DNA from: an archaeon
GTDB taxonomy: Archaea > Asgardarchaeota > Thorarchaeia > Thorarchaeales > Thorarchaeaceae
DNA length: 11,269 nucleotides
Assembly (NCBI GenBank): GCA_024275415.1
Contig: JAJRZD010000044.1
Span: forward strand, 1 to 11,269
Direction of reading: 5' to 3'
The notes under the pieces are model-generated. The model worked only from the letters and a program-made list of their open reading frames with translations. It searched no databases and was not told the DNA's origin. This document shows positions 8,013 through 11,269 of the stretch, one piece after another. Every line of letters begins with the position of its first letter. The first letter of the stretch is position 1. Made by a program: the position numbers and the translations under genes.

Positions 8013-8735
8013 ATGGGTCGTCGGATTTTGGTGCAAAGAAAGGGGCGTGGCACAACGCAGTGGCGTAGCCCCAGTCACAAGAAGATAGCACCCGCGAGGC
8101 ATCCAAAATGGTCACCTGACAAGACTTACATCGGGTCGATCACTAGACTCCTTCACGAATCTGGTAGGGGCGCGCCCCTGGCAGAGATCAAATACGAAGG
8201 TGAAGACAAGCTCCACTATATGGTCGCGCCAGAAGGGGCATACGTCGGTCAGGTCATCGAATGTGGTGAGGACGCGACCCTTGCCAACGGGAACACATTG
8301 ATGCTCATGCACATCCCAGAGGGTACGCCGATATATAATATTGAAGGCAGCCCAGGTGATGGAGGCAAATACGTGAGGTCATCCGGTCTTACTGCGACGA
8401 TCATCTCAACGGACAAGACCAAGTCCATGATTAGGCTGCCCAGTGGCACACAGAAGGCATTCAGTCCACGATGCAGGGCGACTATTGGCATAGTGGCAGG
8501 TGGTGGTCGGGCTGAGAAGCCATTCCTGAAGGCAGGAGCAGTCTGGCATCACACCCGAGGCAAGGCACGGAAGTGGCCTGTGGTTCGTGGTGCAGCCATG
8601 AATGCAGCATCGCACCCGCACGGTGGAGGTTCCCATCAGTCACCCGGAAGGCCGACCACTGTCAGTAGGCATGCGCCTCCAGGGCGTAAGGTCGGCAACA
8701 TAGCAGCACGACGGACTGGTCGCAAGAACAAGTAA
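8013..8735 (+). CDS. rpl2: 50S ribosomal protein uL2 (archaeal L2)
   Basis: MGRRILVQRKGRG, PGDGGKYVRSSG, VRGAAMNAASHPHGGGSHQSPG, PPGRKVGNIAARRTGR. SD AGGAGG upstream. 240 aa is typical. Confidence 0.97.
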   Translation: MGRRILVQRKGRGTTQWRSPSHKKIAPARHPKWSPDKTYIGSITRLLHESGRGAPLAEIKYEGEDKLHYMVAPEGAYVGQVIECGEDATLANGNTLMLMHIPEGTPIYNIEGSPGDGGKYVRSSGLTATIISTDKTKSMIRLPSGTQKAFSPRCRATIGIVAGGGRAEKPFLKAGAVWHHTRGKARKWPVVRGAAMNAASHPHGGGSHQSPGRPTTVSRHAPPGRKVGNIAARRTGRKNK

Positions 8736-8743
8736 AACAGACA

Positions 8744-8781
8744 GAGAAGAGACTCTGCCCTCTTCTCCCCCCTCTCTTTTT
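8744..8781 (+). terminator. Hairpin plus pyrimidine/T-tract immediately after rpl2 (likely operon terminator)
   Basis: GAGAAGAG (8744-8751), 8-nt loop, CTCTTCTC (8760-8767): a perfect 8-bp stem. Followed by a C/T tract ending TTTTT (8777-8781). Confidence 0.6.
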
Positions 8782-9101
8782 CATTGTGGAGTTCATCATA
8801 CGCAGAGGAGTCCAGCAGAGTCACCATGAACAAAGTACCAAATCCAAATGTAGGCGGTTCTAACATCACAAAGAGTGAATCTTCTACTGCGGTTCGGTTG
8901 GTTATTAGCGGCTGTTTCCAACTTGGACATTCATTTGTAGAAATCAAACGGCTGCAGGACTCTGATGCACTCGGTAATCTTTCGCAAAATGAAATCGATT
9001 AGATGTTGGGACTCTGCAAGTCTAGTGTGTATCTATTTTGCCTGAGAGTAAATGTCAAGCTATTTTCTTGCTGAAAACACACGAAAGAGTCCGGCTACTG
9101 C

Positions 9102-9580
9102 GTGAGGAGTCGACTGTTGCTAGCAGAACGTAAAAAACTTGCCAATCTTGTCATCAGGCATGTTAGTCAGGACAGGAATTATGGCAAGACGTCTTGGGGT
9201 AGGTCACGGTTTGGATACCCAACATCATATGCTCAGTCTTTGGTACACATCACGGATATACCGACTACCACTACGTTGAAGTGGAATGAGGTGCTTCCTC
9301 CTAATCCTCTGACCGACCCTAGTCAACCGTCTTACGAATGGTATCCCACTGGGATGACGCCCCCTCTATCTATATCTCACAACTTCTTCAGGTCAACAGA
9401 AACGCACTTTTTCGCAATAGTTCGTCATCAGCGTTTGAATTTGGATGGTGGTTAAACACTTATGTTCGCTACGACGATAATTTCCATTGGGTTTTTCCAG
9501 TGTTTGTAGGTTGGACAATATGGGAATGCAATATCTATGCCTATGATGATAGCGATTTTTATCTTGCTAATGGGGGATGA
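9102..9580 (+). pseudogene. Probable frameshifted remnant of a Trp/Tyr-rich hypothetical protein
   Basis: ORFs 9102-9455 and 9338-9580 overlap. Adding one C in the C5 run at 9360-9364 joins them as ...SYEWYPTGMTPPSIYISQLLQVNRNALF...FEFGWWLNTYVRYDDNFHWVFPVFVGWTIWECNIYAYDDSDFYLANGG*. The stop is directly followed by a terminator-like repeat. The 5' end is unclear. Confidence 0.4.
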
Positions 9581-9584
9581 AAAG

Positions 9585-9622
9585 ATGGAGAAGAGAGTCT
9601 ACTCTCTTTCCCGTTCTTTTTT
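9585..9622 (+). terminator. Hairpin plus T6 tract upstream of cdrS
   Basis: GAAGAGAG (9590-9597), loop TCTA, CTCTCTTT (9602-9609): 7 Watson-Crick pairs plus 1 G-U, extendable past one mismatch. TTTTTT at 9617-9622. Confidence 0.5.
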
Positions 9623-9699
9623 CAATCCCTACCTTATCCTATCCCTGTATTACTTACAGCCATATCCCTCTATGACTCCAGATTCGTAGAGGCTTACCT

Positions 9700-9879
9700 A
9701 TGCGTCTAATAGCTGTGCATTTACCTGACAAACTGGTTGAAGACATCCAAGAGCTGATTGACAAGGGTCTCTACCCGAACCGTTCTGAGGCTATCCGGAT
9801 TGCTATTCGGGATCTTCTGAAGCAGGAACTATGGGGACGCAATGCCGCATTCAACAAGGTGAGTGAAGTCATAAGATGA
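9700..9879 (+). CDS. cdrS: Small CopG/ribbon-helix-helix transcription regulator, CdrS-like (59 aa)
   Basis: Manual translation: MRLIAVHLPDKLVEDIQELIDKGLYPNRSEAIRIAIRDLLKQELWGRNAAFNKVSEVIR*. It has an alternating N-terminal beta strand and the G.YPNRSEAIR.A.RDLL motif. Its stop overlaps the ftsZ start (ATGA, 9876-9879). Just under the ORF-track length cutoff. Confidence 0.88.
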   Translation: MRLIAVHLPDKLVEDIQELIDKGLYPNRSEAIRIAIRDLLKQELWGRNAAFNKVSEVIR

Positions 9880-11141
9880 AAACGCTGATAGATTCCGCAC
9901 GAGAGCATACACGCAGGGAGCGGTCAGTTGCTCCGTCCCTTGATCTGGGGCAGGCTCGGATCGTGGTCATCGGCTGTGGTGGTGCAGGGAATAACACCAT
10001 CAAAAGGCTCATGTCAATAGGGGTTCAGGGAGCTGAATGCATAGCGATAAACACAGACAGACAGCATCTTGCAGTCACAACGGCACATAGGAAGCTCCTC
10101 ATCGGTGAGAAGATTACCCGCGGACTTGGGGCTGGTGGATACCCCCATGTCGGTCAGGCTGCCGCAGAGGAGTCCGCCCATCAGCTGTCAGAACTCCTTC
10201 GTGACGCTGACCTTGTGTTCATCGCAGCTGGTATGGGTGGCGGGACAGGTACTGGTAGCGCGCCTATAGTGGCTGAGATTGCCAAGCGAAATGATGCCAT
10301 CGTTGTTGGCGTCGTCACTATGCCCTTCAAGCTTGAGCGTATGCGAATCGACAAGGCGAAAGCCGGACTTGCTCGGCTTCAAGAGTATGCGGACACGGTC
10401 GTGGTGATTGACAATCAGAAGCTCATGGAACTCGTCCCAGACCTCCCTCTGGAAGAGGCATTCGGTGTGGCTGACGAGGTTCTTGCCGCAATGACGAAGG
10501 GCATCACCGAGACCATCACGATGCCTAGCCTCATCAATCTCGATTATGCGGATGTCCGTTCTATCATCTGCAACGGGGGAGTCGCACTGGTCGGCCTGGG
10601 CGAGGCAACAGGAACCGACCGAGCGGACGAAGCGATCAAGAACGCTCTGAACAGCCCCTTATTGGAAGTGGAGTGGAAGGGAGCTACTGGAGCTCTCATT
10701 CACATCACAGGAGGCCCAGACATGTCGCTTGCCGAAGCGAACGGTGTCGGAGAGAAGATCTCTGAGAAAATGAGCTCGGATGCCAATGTCATCTGGGGCG
10801 CACGGGTCGATCCTCGCCTCACCGGAACCCTTCGCGTCATGCTGATCCTGACTGGTGTCAAGAGCCCACAATTGCTTGCGCGCTCCACAGATGAACGAGA
10901 GGTTCCTAAGAGCAGACGACGACTTGCAGACCTCGGGCTGGTGGGCTCGGCAGGCTCGCTCGACCCCCGGAAGATCAAATCTGAGTTCCGGTCAGTGGGG
11001 AAGATTCCTCCAGTAACCCGCAGGTCATGGGAGGATCGGCTGAAGCCTCTGGAGAAACGGCTCGATGGACAGACTGTTGCAACTAAACGTGAGGAACGAA
11101 GGAGGAACCTAGACGACCTCGGACTGAGAAGACTTTTGTGA
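9876..11141 (+). CDS. ftsZ: Cell division GTPase FtsZ (archaeal FtsZ2-like) with long basic C-terminal tail
   Basis: RIVVIGCGGAGNNT, AINTD, tubulin signature GMGGGTGTG, T7 loop NLDYADV. SD AGGTGA upstream. The FtsZ2 assignment is inferred from cdrS adjacency and N-terminal style. Confidence 0.96.
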   Translation: MKTLIDSAREHTRRERSVAPSLDLGQARIVVIGCGGAGNNTIKRLMSIGVQGAECIAINTDRQHLAVTTAHRKLLIGEKITRGLGAGGYPHVGQAAAEESAHQLSELLRDADLVFIAAGMGGGTGTGSAPIVAEIAKRNDAIVVGVVTMPFKLERMRIDKAKAGLARLQEYADTVVVIDNQKLMELVPDLPLEEAFGVADEVLAAMTKGITETITMPSLINLDYADVRSIICNGGVALVGLGEATGTDRADEAIKNALNSPLLEVEWKGATGALIHITGGPDMSLAEANGVGEKISEKMSSDANVIWGARVDPRLTGTLRVMLILTGVKSPQLLARSTDEREVPKSRRRLADLGLVGSAGSLDPRKIKSEFRSVGKIPPVTRRSWEDRLKPLEKRLDGQTVATKREERRRNLDDLGLRRLL

Positions 11142-11269
11142 CCTCCTCGGTGAAGTCAATCAGTTGTCGCAGACGCTTCACAAACACGGATATGATATGT
11201 GCCTTCTAACCACTAGTTAGTGGAGTGTAATAGGTTATCTAATCCATGATACTACTCTAACAACCCGCG

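Larger units (their letters stand above)
8739..9626 (+). repeat. Pair of imperfect direct repeats (8739-8785 and 9583-9626), 844 nt apart, each a hairpin plus T-tract
   Basis: Ungapped alignment of 8739-8768 with 9583-9612 gives 23/30 identities, including an exact GAGAAGAGA (8744-8752 and 9588-9596). Both end in T5-6CA and both start 2-3 nt after a stop codon. Low complexity inflates the identity. Confidence 0.5.

Noticed and set aside
5953-8491. Long antisense ORFs over the ribosomal genes (e.g. 5953-6684, 6285-6764, 7228-7749)
   Set aside because: They are shadow ORFs opposite highly conserved genes, with no family motifs and atypical composition.
8912-8930. ORB-like replication origin box (minus strand GTCCAAGTTGGAAAC)
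   Set aside because: It is a single copy with atypical spacing, has no G-string, and there is no orc1/cdc6 gene nearby.
8800-9103. RNase P RNA or SRP RNA in the rpl2-cdrS gap (GAGGAGTCC resembles GAGGAAAGUCC; ends can pair)
   Set aside because: The motif lacks the conserved adenines, there is no room for P2/P3 before it, no convincing CR-V or SRP helix-8 motif is present, and GC content is low for these RNAs.
8739-9626. CRISPR array, DGR or classical integron interpretation of the hairpin repeats
   Set aside because: There are only two divergent copies 844 nt apart, no regular spacers, no TR/VR pair with adenine-specific mismatches, no reverse transcriptase or integrase, and no attC core sites.
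11142-11269. Palindrome CCACTA-GT-TAGTGG (11210-11223) and a possible minus-strand gene end after ftsZ
   Set aside because: All three minus-strand frames contain stops within this stretch, and a lone 6-bp palindrome at the window edge cannot be assigned a function.

Overview
Archaeal genomic window. The evidence is archaeal-type uL3/uL4/uL23/uL2, GGTGA/GGAGG-type Shine-Dalgarno motifs, TATA-like promoters and a cdrS-ftsZ pair. An Asgard, possibly Thorarchaeia-like, origin is my inference and is not proven. Contents in order: the 5' part of mvhD, overlapped by an unannotated upstream ORF (both minus strand, both run off the window); a flavodiiron protein (fprA); a ~7-TM hypothetical protein; a cupin; a HypD-like glycyl radical enzyme; a structured leader followed by rpl3-rpl4-rpl23-rpl2; a ~0.85 kb insert bracketed by two related hairpin/T-tract repeats and containing a broken ORF; a small ribbon-helix-helix gene (cdrS-like, missed by the ORF track); and ftsZ (FtsZ2-like) with a long tail. 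Most notable: (1) the GRE keeps the HypD-type substrate residues but has GCVT in place of the catalytic GCVE motif, and has an in-frame TAA at codon 26; (2) a candidate ribosomal-protein leader RNA that occludes the rpl3 ribosome-binding site; (3) the repeat-flanked insert where the S10-like operon ends after rpl2; (4) a duplicated DLGL peptide in the FtsZ tail. No database searches were run. Family assignments and reference residue numbers come from recalled knowledge.
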